This document shows, one piece after another, positions 1-11,690 of a stretch of DNA of 64,000 nt. The notes under the pieces are model-generated. The model did not search any database. It saw only the letters and a program-made list of their open reading frames with translations, and was not told where the DNA came from. Each line of letters begins with the position of its first letter. Position 1 is the first letter of the stretch. The stretch is from Macrostomum lignano (Eukaryota), in assembly GCA_002269645.1 (NCBI GenBank), contig NIVC01003912.1:6043-70042 (forward strand), in the 5' to 3' direction. The position numbers and the translations under genes were made by a program.

Positions 1-724
1 ACAAAAAGTTGTGACCTAGCTTTGAGAACGACCCACCTATGTTACAGACGTATGTACAGACAGTACGTCTCCTAATCTTCTTCAGCACTGCATGCTGATG
101 TCCCTTGCACTGATCGAGCTGTTATGAGACGAAACGTAAAAACAATGGAGGACATCTTTTTTGTTTTTAGACCCAAAGCATTGACCATTGGCATTGGCAT
201 GATTTGGAGGCAAATTTCAATTTTCCTAGTTATTCTTGAATTTCTTGTATCTTGACTAGTTTTTATCCATCAAGACAAATGTTTGTTTAAATTTTGACCA
301 ATCTGAGATGCATTGGGTTTTTGTGATTAAATGCAAATGGCCAAATGATAGAATGACCACATATCTTTTTATGCATTGGGCATAGACATGGCTGTTCTAT
401 TATCTAGAGATAGGACATAGGCCTATTTATTTGGAATATTTGGAATTAAATCAAATTGATAAAATTTTTATAGAAAATGTAGTTCTTTATCTAATATATC
501 CTAAGGGACAAAAGACCTAGGCTAAAATGAATTTTAAAAAAATATTCAAATCTATTATTCTATTGACTATTGTAAGACCCTAATATTTGATATAAATAAC
601 CAGTTTAAATTTTCATAGGCTAGGCCTATTTTGCAAATTTTTTGTGATTATTTTTTGGTCAAAATAAAATTTAGTTGTAGACCTATAAAGTACCTATAAA
701 GTAGACCTATAAGTTAAAAAATAG

Positions 725-1409
725 TAGAGCTGTCACGAGATCTCGACGAGACAAGATTTGAGACAAGATCTCGACATTTTTTCTCGTCTCGAGAAATCTC
801 GAATTTTGTCAAGAAATTCGAGACGAGATTCAAGAATTTTTCCGATACCTTTTTTCAAAAGCTTTTAAGTGATAAAATATAAAAAGGGGAGCAAATTTTC
901 ATATAAATACAACTGTTTGTTGTAACATGCTTGATAGGGCAATTTTCAAATGGTAAAATCTAGCCAATGTTGAGCAGTTATTTAACGAACGTTGTTATAT
1001 ACGAGTTTGCATTGCATATGTGCTCTTTTAGTTATCATTTCAGTTCTGCAGCAAGGTGTATCATAGCAGACTTGAAGATAATCTGCACAGGTCTTTTGAC
1101 AAATTAGTAATAGACATAGTAGGGCCAAGGGCCTATATGCTACAAGCATAAATTCTTATGAATAAATAGCAAAGAATTAAAACTAGAATTAAGAAAGTAT
1201 TCTAGAAAATCTAAAAAATATTTTTTTAGAATTGTATTTTATCAAGAAATTTAAGACAAGATAAGGCAAGATAAAAGCAAGACAAGATGCAATTCTGAAA
1301 TATATTTTTTAGATTTACTTTGTCTTGTCTCGTCTCGAAATTCTCGACTTATAAGCCTTTCTCGTCTCGAATCTCGTCTCGAATAAAATCTCTAATTTTG
1401 ACAGCTCTA
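725..1409. mobile_element. hAT-type MITE (685 bp)
   Basis: 11-bp TIR TAGAGCTGTCA (725-735) / TGACAGCTCTA (1399-1409); 8-bp TSD AAAAATAG at 717-724 and 1410-1417; inverted subterminal CTCGTCTCGA/TCGAGACGAG motifs. An 8-bp TSD is characteristic of hAT elements. Confidence 0.85.
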
Positions 1410-1536
1410 AAAAATAGACATTTAATTTATAGTATACTGTATAGGCTATAGCAAAAGAGGACAACATTTTAGTTTTGGCCTACCATTATTTTGCCATTTT
1501 CTTTTTTTAGTTGGTTTTCAAAGGTCCTAGGCCCTA

Positions 1537-1760
1537 GTCATTTCGTCAACTGGAATTTTGTCAATTGGCCATTTCATCAACTCTGTTTTATCACTGGTCA
1601 TTTCGTCAACTAGCCAATGAAGGGATCTCAAACCTCGGTCACTTCATCAACTGGCCAACAAGAAGTGTTCCAGCATTGGTCACTTCGTCAACTGCTAATA
1701 AACTACCCCCAGCAGCCGCAAAAAGATAAAACTGAACCCTGAAATGACTAAGTTGACAGG
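1537..1760. repeat. Five spaced copies of GTCA(T/C)TTC(G/A)TCAACT, probably a transposon subterminal relic
   Basis: Copies at about 1537, 1568, 1596, 1637 and 1678; related inverted motif GAAATGACTAAGTTGAC at 1741-1757. Confidence 0.5.
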
Positions 1761-3495
1761 CTAATTAATATTTATACCCTTCTCCAATATTTGCCAGCTT
1801 TTGATCGATGCATCTCTATTATATGCTTGTACATATACTAACAAAATATAATGTGCTCATGTTTGAAATTTGTGCAGCATGACGGGGTTGACATCCTATG
1901 TTACACATTTGTATATGTTAAATTTTGAATGCAAAAGTTAATTAAGAAGTAGTACATGTAGTTGAGGAGTACCCGGACCAAAAATAATGCTTTAAGTGGC
2001 CAGGTCCTCTATTTGCAAAACATACATATAGAAAGCATTCCAAATCAAGCCATTACATACATGAATGTGGTCATCTATGACTTCGCAGCAGGTCACTTGG
2101 ATGGAACAGGTCGGCGTGGTGATACAAAAGCCGCGTTGGTTACTCGCGTAGGCAAACTTAACTTGAAAGCAGCGTACAGTAGGCCAGTGTACACGCACCG
2201 CATCAACTTGTTGCTCGAGTGACTTCATTAGCGTCTAGGTCTTGACAGTGTACAGCAGGACAGTCTCGATCACCGCCTTGCCTGGAACAACGCTGTCTTC
2301 TAGCAGTCAGCTATACATTAAGCTGGCCTTGGACTGCAGGACTCCCCTAGACTACATGTAAATGTACTGTAGCTCAAGCCAGTAGTGTCGGAACATATTT
2401 CAGAGTGGGGGGGCTATTGATGGGAGGGCACATTGCACATAATTTCTTCTAATCCAAGGGCACCCAAACTGCTGCTATTATATAAGTTTGTGTGGCAATA
2501 TGACATAACCAGGCCATTCAATTCTGTGTTGGAGTAGCCAAAAGTCTAGCTGAAAATGCTCAAATTTTCAACTAATTCAAACATTGCGCAACTGTACTGC
2601 ACTCATTTCAAGGGCTGCGCTTAAGTGACTTCAGTGGTCTTTGACTATTTTATTATTTATTAATTATTTGAAATAAAACCAAGTATAATAAAACATCAAT
2701 ATTCAAGGCTCTCTATATAAACATTAATTTTAAGGCTAATAAAATTATATAATAAAATTTTAATTTTTTGGCTAAATGTAGGATCTAATATTTTAATAAT
2801 TGTATTATTTATAAGTAAAATAAACCTATTGGAATAGAAAGATGAATTATCATTTTATAATTTACACTCATTTGTTTAGCTATGGTATATATTTATTTTA
2901 TAGTATAAGCAATGTTTATATTTTATTAATTCTTTGCTGTAGTGTATTTTACAACTTCAAGTAGTAATATTAGGTAATTATTTATATTCTTAATGGTTCA
3001 ATCTATAATGTCTTTTCTTATTGCTAAAAGTTTATATTTTACACAAATAGCATTTGTTCAAAACCTTGTATTCATGCTTTGAATTACTTTATTTTCAAAT
3101 ACAAATGAAGCTACTCATATCAATAGCATTTTTAAGTAGTATGGCCCACATTGTATGTTCATTGTCATGTGAGCAATACTTCAATAACTTGGAAAAAGGA
3201 ATCCTCAAGGATCTTATTGGACTAAAGTAAGTATCAAGTATAAATTAATATGGTATTTATGAATCACATACAGAATTTTTTTAATGTCTAAATGTATTTT
3301 AACTTAAAAATCATAATTAAGCAACAAAATTAACTCAACTCAAGCAAAGTTTTTGAGGAGCTCCAAAATCAAATATTAGTACAAATTAGTAGGGGGTCAC
3401 AGACAGAGAACCAGGGGGCAGACAGGCTTTTGGTGATTTCAATCCAATGAACTCAATTCTTAACTTGATAATCTCACTGGCCTATCACTGCTCAG

Positions 3496-6400
3496 GGTGA
3501 AGGACTCATCTGGCCAGTTTGCATTCGGCTTGTGCTCGGACGCGGACTCGAGTCTGGCTGGGGCTGGCCTGGTCCAGCTGGACAAAGCTGCCGGCAATCG
3601 AGTGCTCGGTCGCTGGGGCCAGTTCTATGCCACTGCCGGTCGCGGCTGGGTGGAGCTGGTGTACATGGGCGGCAAGGCCAGTGCCGAGGACTTGGCCGAT
3701 GGCAACTGCAGCAGCACAGTGGGCTGGTCAGCTCACACGATGCTCATCTGCGATGCCACCGAGCGCAGTGGTAGTTTCCGTTATATCGGCCGGGTTGCCA
3801 TGGGCAACGGGTCTGGCTGCTACTCGCTGTTCGAGCTGCTGCACAGGTGCGGAGCGGGGGAATTGCTCAATTCTTTGTACTGCTTCCTGGCATCCACCAC
3901 TGTGTCCATCAGTAGCACCCAGTATCCCCCTGTGTCCATCAGTAGCACCCAATATCCCCCTGTGTCCATCAGTAGCCCCCAATATCCTGTGTCTATCAGT
4001 AGCACCCAATATCCCCTGTGTCCATCAGTAGCCCCCAATATCCCCCTGTGTCCATCAGCAGCCCCCAATATCCCCCTGTGTCCATCAGTAACCCCCAATA
4101 TCCCCACTGTGTCCATCAGTAGCCCCCAAAATCCCCCTGTGTCCATCAGTAGCCCCCAATACCCCCCTGTGTCCATCAGTAACCCCCAAAATCCCCCTGT
4201 GTCCATCAGTAGCCCCCAATACCCCCCTGTGTCCATCAGCAGCCCCCAATATCCCCCTGTGTCCATCACTAGCACCCAATATCCTGTGTCCAGTAGCACC
4301 CAATATCCTGTGTCCATCACTAGCACCCAATATCCTGTGTCCATCAGTAGCACCCAATATCCTGTGTCCATCACTAGCACCCAATATCCTGTGTCCATCA
4401 GTAGCACCCAATATCCTGTGTCCATCACTAGCACCCAATATCCTGTGTCCATCAGTAGCACCCAATATCCTGTGTCCATCACTAGCACCCAATATCCTGT
4501 GTCCATCACTAGCCCCCAATATCCTGTGTCCATCTGTAGCCCCCAATATCCCCCTGTGTCCATCAGTAGCCCCCAATATCCCCCTGTGTCCATCAGCAGC
4601 CCCCAATATCCCCCTGTGTCCATCAGTAGCCCCCAATATCCCCCTGTGTCCATCAGTAGCCCCCAATATCCCCCTGTGTCCATCAGCAGCCCCCAATATC
4701 CCCCTGTGTCCATCGTAGCCCCCAATATCCCCCTGTGTCCATCAGTAGCCCCCAATATCCCCCTGTGTCCATCAGCAGCCCCCAATATCCCCCTGTGTCC
4801 ATCAGTAGCCCCCAATATCCCCCTGTGTCCATCAGTAACCCCCAATATCCCCCTGTGTCCATCAGTAGCCCCCAATATCCCCCTGTGTCCATCAGTAGCC
4901 CCCAATATCCCCCTGTGTCCATCAGCAGCCCCCAATATTCCCCTGTGTCCATCAGTAGCCCCCAATATCCCCCTGTGTCCATCAGTAGCCCCCAATATCC
5001 CCCTGTGTCCATCAGCAGCCCCCAATATCCCCCTGTGTCCATCGTAGCCCCCAATATCCCCCTGTGTCCATCAGTAGCCCCCAACTAGCCAATTCCAACC
5101 CCCGTTGGGGCTTTCCGTCCAAACTCCAATCACAGTTTTTCCACGCAATAAAATTTCACCCCACTGAATCCCACATCCAAAGAATCCCTCATCCAAAAAA
5201 TCCCCCATCTATAAAATCTCTGATGCAAAGAATCTCACATGCAAAGAATTCACTATCCAAAGAATCCGCCATCTAAAGAACCTCCATCGATAGAATCCAC
5301 TCAATTCCCCACTCCACACAATCCACACAATTCCCCACTAAAGGAATCCTCCTATCTGAAGAATTCCCCATCCAATGAATCGCCCATCCATAGAATCTCA
5401 CATGCAAAGAATCCTATATCCAAAGAATCCTCCATTCAAAGAGCCCCCCATTGATAGAATCCTGATTCGAAGAATCCCCATCCAATGAATTTCCTATCCA
5501 AGGAATCCGCCATACACAGAATCCCCATCCAAAGAATCTCAAATCCATCCCTATCCAAAGAATCCCCATCTAAATAATCGACATCCAAATAATCCCCATC
5601 CACAAAATCCCCATCTAAATAATCCAAAGATTCTGAAATCCAAATCATCCCTTATCTAAAAAATCATTGACAAAATAATCCCCTCATCTAAAGAACCCCC
5701 GTCCAAATAATCCCAATCCAAAGAATCCAAAGAATCCCCCTCCAGAAAACCCCCCTCTAAAGAATCCACATCCAAATAATCCCCATTAACATAAACCCCA
5801 TCCAAAGAATCCAAAGAACCCCCCATCCAAAGAATCCAAAGAATCTCCCATCCAAATAGAATCCTTGGCCAAAGAATCCCCTCATCTACAGAACACCCAT
5901 CCAAATAACCCCCATCTAAAGAATCCCCTCATGCAAATAATCTCCGTCCAAACAATCCAAATCCAATCCAATCCAAAAGATCCCTTTATCGGAAGAACCC
6001 TTCATCGAAAGAATCCCCCATCGAAAGAAGTTCCCAATGAATCATTCTTACCAAGCCTTGAAATCTCAGTAATTCCCCTCCCCAAGACTTGACATCTCAA
6101 AAATTACCCTTAAGCCTTGACATCTCAGTAATTACCCCCCCCCTAAGACTTGACATCTTAGCAATTTCTCCCCGTCTCAAGTCTTGACATCTCAGAAATT
6201 CCCCCCACGCCTTGACATCTCAGAAATTCCCCCAGTAAGCCTTTATATCTCAGTAATTTCCGAAGTAAGTCTTGCCATCTCAGCAATTCCCCTCTGTAAG
6301 ACTTGACATCTAAGGAATTTCCCATTAAGCAATGACATCTCAGTAATTCACCCAGTAAGTCTTTATATCTCAGTAATTCCCCCTAGTAAATCTTGACATC

Positions 6401-9400
6401 TTAGCAATTTCTCCTAGTCAAAAGCGTTGACATCTCAGCAATCCCCCCCCCCTAAGACTTGACCTCCACAGAATCTCCGTTCAAAGAATCCCTCATCCAA
6501 AGAACCCCCCATCCATCCCTATCCAAAGAACCCCAGATCCATCCCTATCCAAAGAACCCCCATCCATCCCTATTCAAAGAATCCCCCATCCACCCCTATC
6601 CAAAGAATCCCCCTCTTAAGAATCTCCCATTCAAATAATCCCCCATCAAAAGAATCATTGGCCAAAGAATCCCCTCATCTAAAGAACCACCGTCGAAATA
6701 CTCCCCATCCAAAGAATCCCCTCATAAAGAATCCCCCCAAATAATCTCATATCCAAAGGATCACTCTATAGAAAGAAGCCTTCAGCTAAAGAATCCCCCA
6801 TTCAAAGAACCTTTCATCGATTTAGTAATCCCCCAACGAAGGAATTCCCCAATGAATCACTATCCAAAGATATATATTAGAAGCACCCTCCCTCATTCAA
6901 AGAATCCCCAATCCATAGAATTCCCCCAAAGACATGACATCTCAGCAATTCGCCCTCAGGACTTGAAATCTCTGCAATTCCCTTCCCTAAGATTTTGACA
7001 TCTCAGAAATTCCCCCAAGCCTTCACATCTCAGCAATTCCCCCCTGAGACTTGATATCTCACAGATTTCCCCCTTCTAAGACTTGACATCTCAGGAATTT
7101 CCCCACCAAGCATTGACATCTCGGAAATTCCCCCAAGCCTTCACATCTCAGCAATTCGCCCTCAAGCCTTGGCATCTCAGTAATTCCCCCCAAGCCTTGA
7201 AATCTCAGCAATTCCGTCTTACGTCTTGACATCTCGGCAAGTCCCTCTAAGCATTTGACATCTCAGCAATTCCCCCCCTAAGACTTGACATCTCAGGAAT
7301 TTCCCCACCAAGCCTTGGCATCTCAGCAAGTCCCTCTTAAGCCTTGGCATCTCAGCAAGTCCCTCTTAAGCCTTGGCATCTCAGCAAGTCCCTCTTAAGC
7401 CTTGGCATCTCAGCAAGTCCCTCTTAAGCCTTGACATCTCAGCAAGTCCCTCTTAAGCCTTGGCATCTCAGCAAGTCCCTCTTTAGCCTTGGCATCTCAG
7501 CAATTCTCCCCCCCCCAAGACTTGACATCTCAGGAATTTCCCCACCAAGACTTGACATCTCAGGAATTTCCCCACCAAGCCTTGGCATCTCAGCAAGTCC
7601 CTGTTAAGCCTTGCCATCTCAGCAATTCCCTCCCCCCTCTAAGCCTTGACATCTCAGCAATTCCCTCCCCCTCTAAGCCTTGACATCTCAGCAATTCCCT
7701 CCCCCCTCTAAGACTTGACATCTCAGGAATTTCCCCACTAAGCCTTGACATCTCAGTGATTCCCCCAGTTAGCAATCTCCCCGAGCAAGCATTCCCAAAA
7801 GCAAGCGTCCTTCCGATAGCAAGCATTCCCTGATAGAAAGTACCCCCAGCAAGATTGTGAAACAATTTCGTCAGCTATTACAATAATTAATTTCTTATCT
7901 ATTGGAATAGTCCTTTTTAAAACTTTTCAAAATTTAAAGTTGAATAAAATTTTTGATTATACTACATGAACGCTCGTAGCTTCTTCTCTTTTACCTGATT
8001 TACTTGACATTTTTAAGATTCCTTTAGCTTTCTTGAAATTAATTTTTTTAATAAAAAACTTCAACACTCTAAAAATTCGAACCCACGTCGCTGCATTAGC
8101 AGTTCAGTCTGTTTACCTCTAGGCTAGCTCTCATCGTTTTGATAACATGAATTGTAGCACTTATATATTTCAACACTTTGAAAACTCCCAGCATAGAGTA
8201 GAAATCACTCGAAGCAGTTACGACGTAATCAATTTCTCAGGCAGTCAATATCAGTTTCAATTAATAAAGTCAACAATTAAAGTCAACAATATGGTTACGC
8301 AATCTAAATTTAGATCTAATGGCGCTGGCTTGAATAGTGGAGTTGCGATAAATAGGGGTTTGCGATATGAGAGAGCGTACAATGAGAATATAGAGTAAAA
8401 AGTATAGAAATTTCTTTTTTATGCTGTGCTTTTAATTTTTCAAATCTCAGCAAACAGATTATATTCTCGAACTCAGCGTTTCTAGCTCTTTCCAGCAATA
8501 CAAGGCTCTCTTCTGAAAGTGAAAAACTCGAAGCACAAACAACGGTTTGATATTCCTGCTTTAAAGCAGTCAAATTCATAAAGGTGTACATTCAGCGCCA
8601 GCTACAGTGAGAGGCCTGCAGTTGATGCATTGAAATTCACAACCAAGCCAATGCCCGGGACTCATTGAATGGCAATACCCGCCCCTCAATTCAATAACTA
8701 AAAGGTGTTGCGCAACCTTTCAACGCTTATAGCTCTCTACGCCAGTGTAGAGAACCAATGCTATAGTTGGCACTGAGTTATGATGCAATACAATTCCATC
8801 GGCAGTCAGAATGCTTCTCAATTGGAAAGAACTGTTTGAACTTAAAAATGCGGGGCAAAAATCGAGTTTTTCGAATATTTAAGCCCGAAAAAATGAAGCA
8901 ATTTCTTAGCAAAATTTCGTGTACCAGCGCGCCATCAATACGCATCGAATGCAGAAAACCCCGCGAAATTCCGACCATGTAGAGCCAAGTTACACGAAGG
9001 TTCCTATAGGTACATAGTTTTGATTTTTAGTATATTGGAATGGAAGTTTTGATTTTTAGTATATTTATTTTAGTATATTGGAAGCATCCAGAATTTTCAT
9101 TATACCCCCCCTTAATTGGTTACGCAAGTTAAATAGAGTAATTATCTGGGCAGTGGGGCAAAGTGAATTTTCTTATCAGTTGGCTCTGGCGCAATCATTA
9201 AAATTGGCTGTGAAGTTTCTCGCTGCGCGCAGGCTGATAAAAAAATACACTAAAAAGGCCATTTAAAACAGTTTTTCGAATATTTAATCCCCTTAGCATT
9301 GAGCTAGAGCTTAATAAAATTACATGTACCGTCCCGGGCACATTTGACATCTTTTGGCGAAGAAACGGAGAAAATCGGTTGAGCCTTTTGGGAGATAACC

Positions 9401-10483
9401 TGTTACATACCCACAGACAGACAGGGCCGGTGGAGGGGGGGTTGCTACTTTAGATAGATTAGATAGATTAGATTAGATTAGAAGATTAGAAGATTAGATT
9501 AGATATCCCCCTGTGTCCATCAGCAGCCCCCAATATCCCCCTGTGTCCATCAGTAACCCCCAAAATCCCCCTGTGTCCATCAGTAGCCCCCAATATCCCC
9601 CTGTGTCCATCAGTAGCCCCCAATATCCCCCTGTGTCCATCAGCAGCCCCAATATCCCCTGTGTCCATCGTAGCCCCCAATATCCCCCTGTGTCCATCAG
9701 TAGCCCCCAATATCCCCCTGTGTCCATCAGCAGCCCCCAATATCCCCCTGTGTCCATCAGTAGCCCCCAATATCCCCCTGTGTCCATCAGTAACCCCCAA
9801 AATCCCCCTGTGTCCATCAGTAGCCCCCAATATCCCCCTGTGTCCATCTGTAGCCCCCAATATCCCACTGTGTCCATCAGCAGCCCCCAATATCCCCCTG
9901 TGTCCATCAGTAACCCCCAAAATCCCCCTGTGTCCATCAGTAACCCCCAATATCCCCCTGTGTCCATCAGTAACCCCCAAAATCCCCCTGTGTCCATCAG
10001 TAACCCCCAATATCCCCCTGTGTCCATCAGTAACCCCCAATATCCCCCTGTGTCCATCAGTAACCCCCAAAATCCCCCTGTGTCCATCAGTAACCCCCAA
10101 TATCCCCCTGTGTCCATCAGCAGCCCCAATATCCCCACTGTGTCCATCAGCATCCCAAGCCGCAATTGATTTCCAGACGCCTGTGCAGCCTGGAGCAGCC
10201 GCAGGGCGGCCTGCCTGCCTCGGCTATCGCGCTGATTGTTTTGCTCAGCCTGTTCATCTCCTACCTGCTGATTGGCGCCGCAATTCAACGATTCGTATTC
10301 AAGCGTCGCGGACTCGAATCCATTCCGAACTACACCGTTTGGCGAAGATTCGGCGACTGTCTGGCCGACGGTTGCGACTTCGTGTGCCGCAGCGGCGGCG
10401 GAGGCGGCGACAGCAGCAACGGACGCTACCAGCAGGTGGGCGGCCTGTCAGATGAGGACGATGAGCACCTGATTTCCGGTTAG
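3496..10483 (+). CDS. M6PR: Cation-dependent mannose-6-phosphate receptor-like protein (MRH domain, TM, sorting tail); 5'-partial
   Basis: Exon 3496-3846 (AGLVQLDK...[10 protein letters not shown]...MLIC...CYSLFEL) matches the CD-MPR MRH fold. Exon 10177-10483 encodes a TM followed by IPNYTVW...[10 protein letters not shown]...YQQV...[10 protein letters not shown], matching [16 protein letters not shown] and its C-terminal DxxLL motif. The GT-AG intron 3847-10176 is phase 2 and joins in frame (HR|RLC). The signal-peptide exon was not found in the window. Confidence 0.9.
3896..5084. repeat. Minisatellite A, left block (30-bp unit CCCCAATATCCCCCTGTGTCCATCAGTAGC, with 27-bp variants)
   Basis: About 40 tandem units starting ~50 nt after the M6PR donor; a block of 27-bp variants lies at ~4265-4540. 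Confidence 0.97.
5115..6925. repeat. Degenerate satellite B (~15-16-bp CCCATCCAAAGAATC-like units) in two blocks, ~5115-6050 and ~6475-6925
   Basis: Dozens of imperfect AAAGAATCCCC/ATCCAAAGAATC motifs. Confidence 0.8.
6052..7770. repeat. Satellite C (27-29-bp AAGCCTTGACATCTCAGCAATTCCCC) in two blocks, ~6052-6470 and ~6930-7770
   Basis: Recurrent CTTGACATCTCAGCAATT core; near-perfect 29-bp run AGCCTTGGCATCTCAGCAAGTCCCTCTTA at ~7311-7490. Confidence 0.9.
9504..10156. repeat. Minisatellite A, right block (same 30-bp unit, same orientation)
   Basis: About 22 units, ending ~20 nt before the M6PR acceptor. Confidence 0.97.
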
Positions 10484-10720
10484 GAAGTAGCGATACGGTG
10501 ACCTGATGGCGACATGATCGGTTTCATTTAAAATTGTATTCAGTGCCAAAACTGTCACATCCCCGTCATCTGTATCACTATTAATATGCCATTCATTTAC
10601 AGAGATGATATCTATAAATATTCTGTGTTTTATTATCTCAAGTAGGTTCAATTTAATAGAATTTCTTTGCTGAACGGTATTCATAGTACCTTTCTTTGCT
10701 ATGGGCAGATACCTACAATA

Positions 10721-11140
10721 ACTAGATGGGCCACTCAGGCATATATGCTTAGTAAGACAGCTGTCTACTTTCAGTTCAGTAGCAAAGAAGTATACATAAT
10801 CTATTTTATTAAAAAAGGAAGCTGAAGTGCCTTTGATAAGTTTGAGAAGCCCAAGCTTGCAGGCGTTTACAACTTGCTAATTGGTTCAGCAATAATGTAC
10901 ATTGGCCAGTCCACTGAAATGTGCATGGCAGCTTTAGGCGGGAGTTCCGAGAAAGGCAATAAAATTAGGGTGGGGCGGGTGGGGTAGTGTGGAAAGGCGC
11001 GGTTGGAGGGTTTAAGCTGGGGGGGGGTTAAGAGCCAATAAATAAGCCTTGGCTTTAAAAATACATTAAAATGCTTCTGTTTAACTTGCTACTGAACTGA
11101 AAGTAGCTTACACGCAAATGTGCTGAGTGGCCCATCTAGT
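10721..11140. mobile_element. MITE-like element with bipartite inverted repeats
   Basis: Perfect 18-bp TIR ACTAGATGGGCCACTCAG (10721-10738 / 11123-11140) plus a perfect inner 21-bp IR CTACTTTCAGTTCAGTAGCAA (10765-10785 / 11086-11106). No clear TSD. Confidence 0.75.
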
Positions 11141-11690
11141 TTTTCTAGTATCTGTGGCTAAGGGTCAAAATTTTCCAGATTGTTAATATTGGGAAGAGTT
11201 AAGATGAAAGTCTGGCTTTTCATAATTGCAACGGAAAATCTCAGAAATGTCCAACTAATCTCTGCTATTGAATAGTTATTTGATGATTGATTTCCCAAAT
11301 ATGCTGCGTTCGCTTGTACATGCAGCTAAAAATAGTATGAATTGTTTCTCCAGGATTTCATTTTATCACTCTTTTGTATCCAAGGTTTGCCCTATTGGGC
11401 CCATTGATTCCCGAGTCAATCTTTCTTATATCCACCGCTCTTTTAAACAAACAACAAGATATGTTCTAATGCTATTAGAACATTTGCTGTCCTGTTCCTA
11501 TCACTTTGTTAAGCCTATAAATATACAGATGTGCGCTCTTGACCAGTGAATCTGCTTTTAATTGCTTGTGCTAGAAAGAAAAAAATACTATAATGTCATT
11601 CATAATTTATTCTTTATTTTTATAGCAATACGTTACTTTTATTTATTTAGTGCGTTGTAGTTCTTACGCGTCACTTCCACATCCGTCAAG

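Larger units (their letters stand above)
5085..9503 (-). mobile_element. Non-autonomous Helitron (4,419 bp) carrying satellite arrays
   Basis: On the minus strand it begins TC (9503-9502) after an A and ends CTAG (5088-5085) before a T. A CCAAC-N4-GTTGG hairpin (5095-5108) lies 10 nt from the 3' end, and there is no TSD. Removing it restores one intact minisatellite-A unit (CCCCCAA|TATCCCCC). The 5' part has TCTAA/TCTAT and CTGT microsatellites and GCTCAACCGATTTT, typical of animal Helitron-N 5' regions. Confidence 0.8.

Noticed and set aside
1537-1695. Spaced short repeats as a CRISPR array
   Set aside because: Eukaryotic context, degenerate ~15-bp motifs, irregular spacing and no cas genes.
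1962-2350. GC-richer island with 86-aa (+) and 78-aa (-) ORFs as the missing M6PR first exon
   Set aside because: No signal peptide, no CD-MPR-like N-terminal motif and no suitable phase-2 donor; identity unknown.
3847-5088. Long ORFs (516, 401, 203 aa etc.) running through minisatellite A, and likewise at 9486-10169
   Set aside because: Stop-free 27/30-bp units open several frames on both strands; the real exon ends at the GT at 3847.
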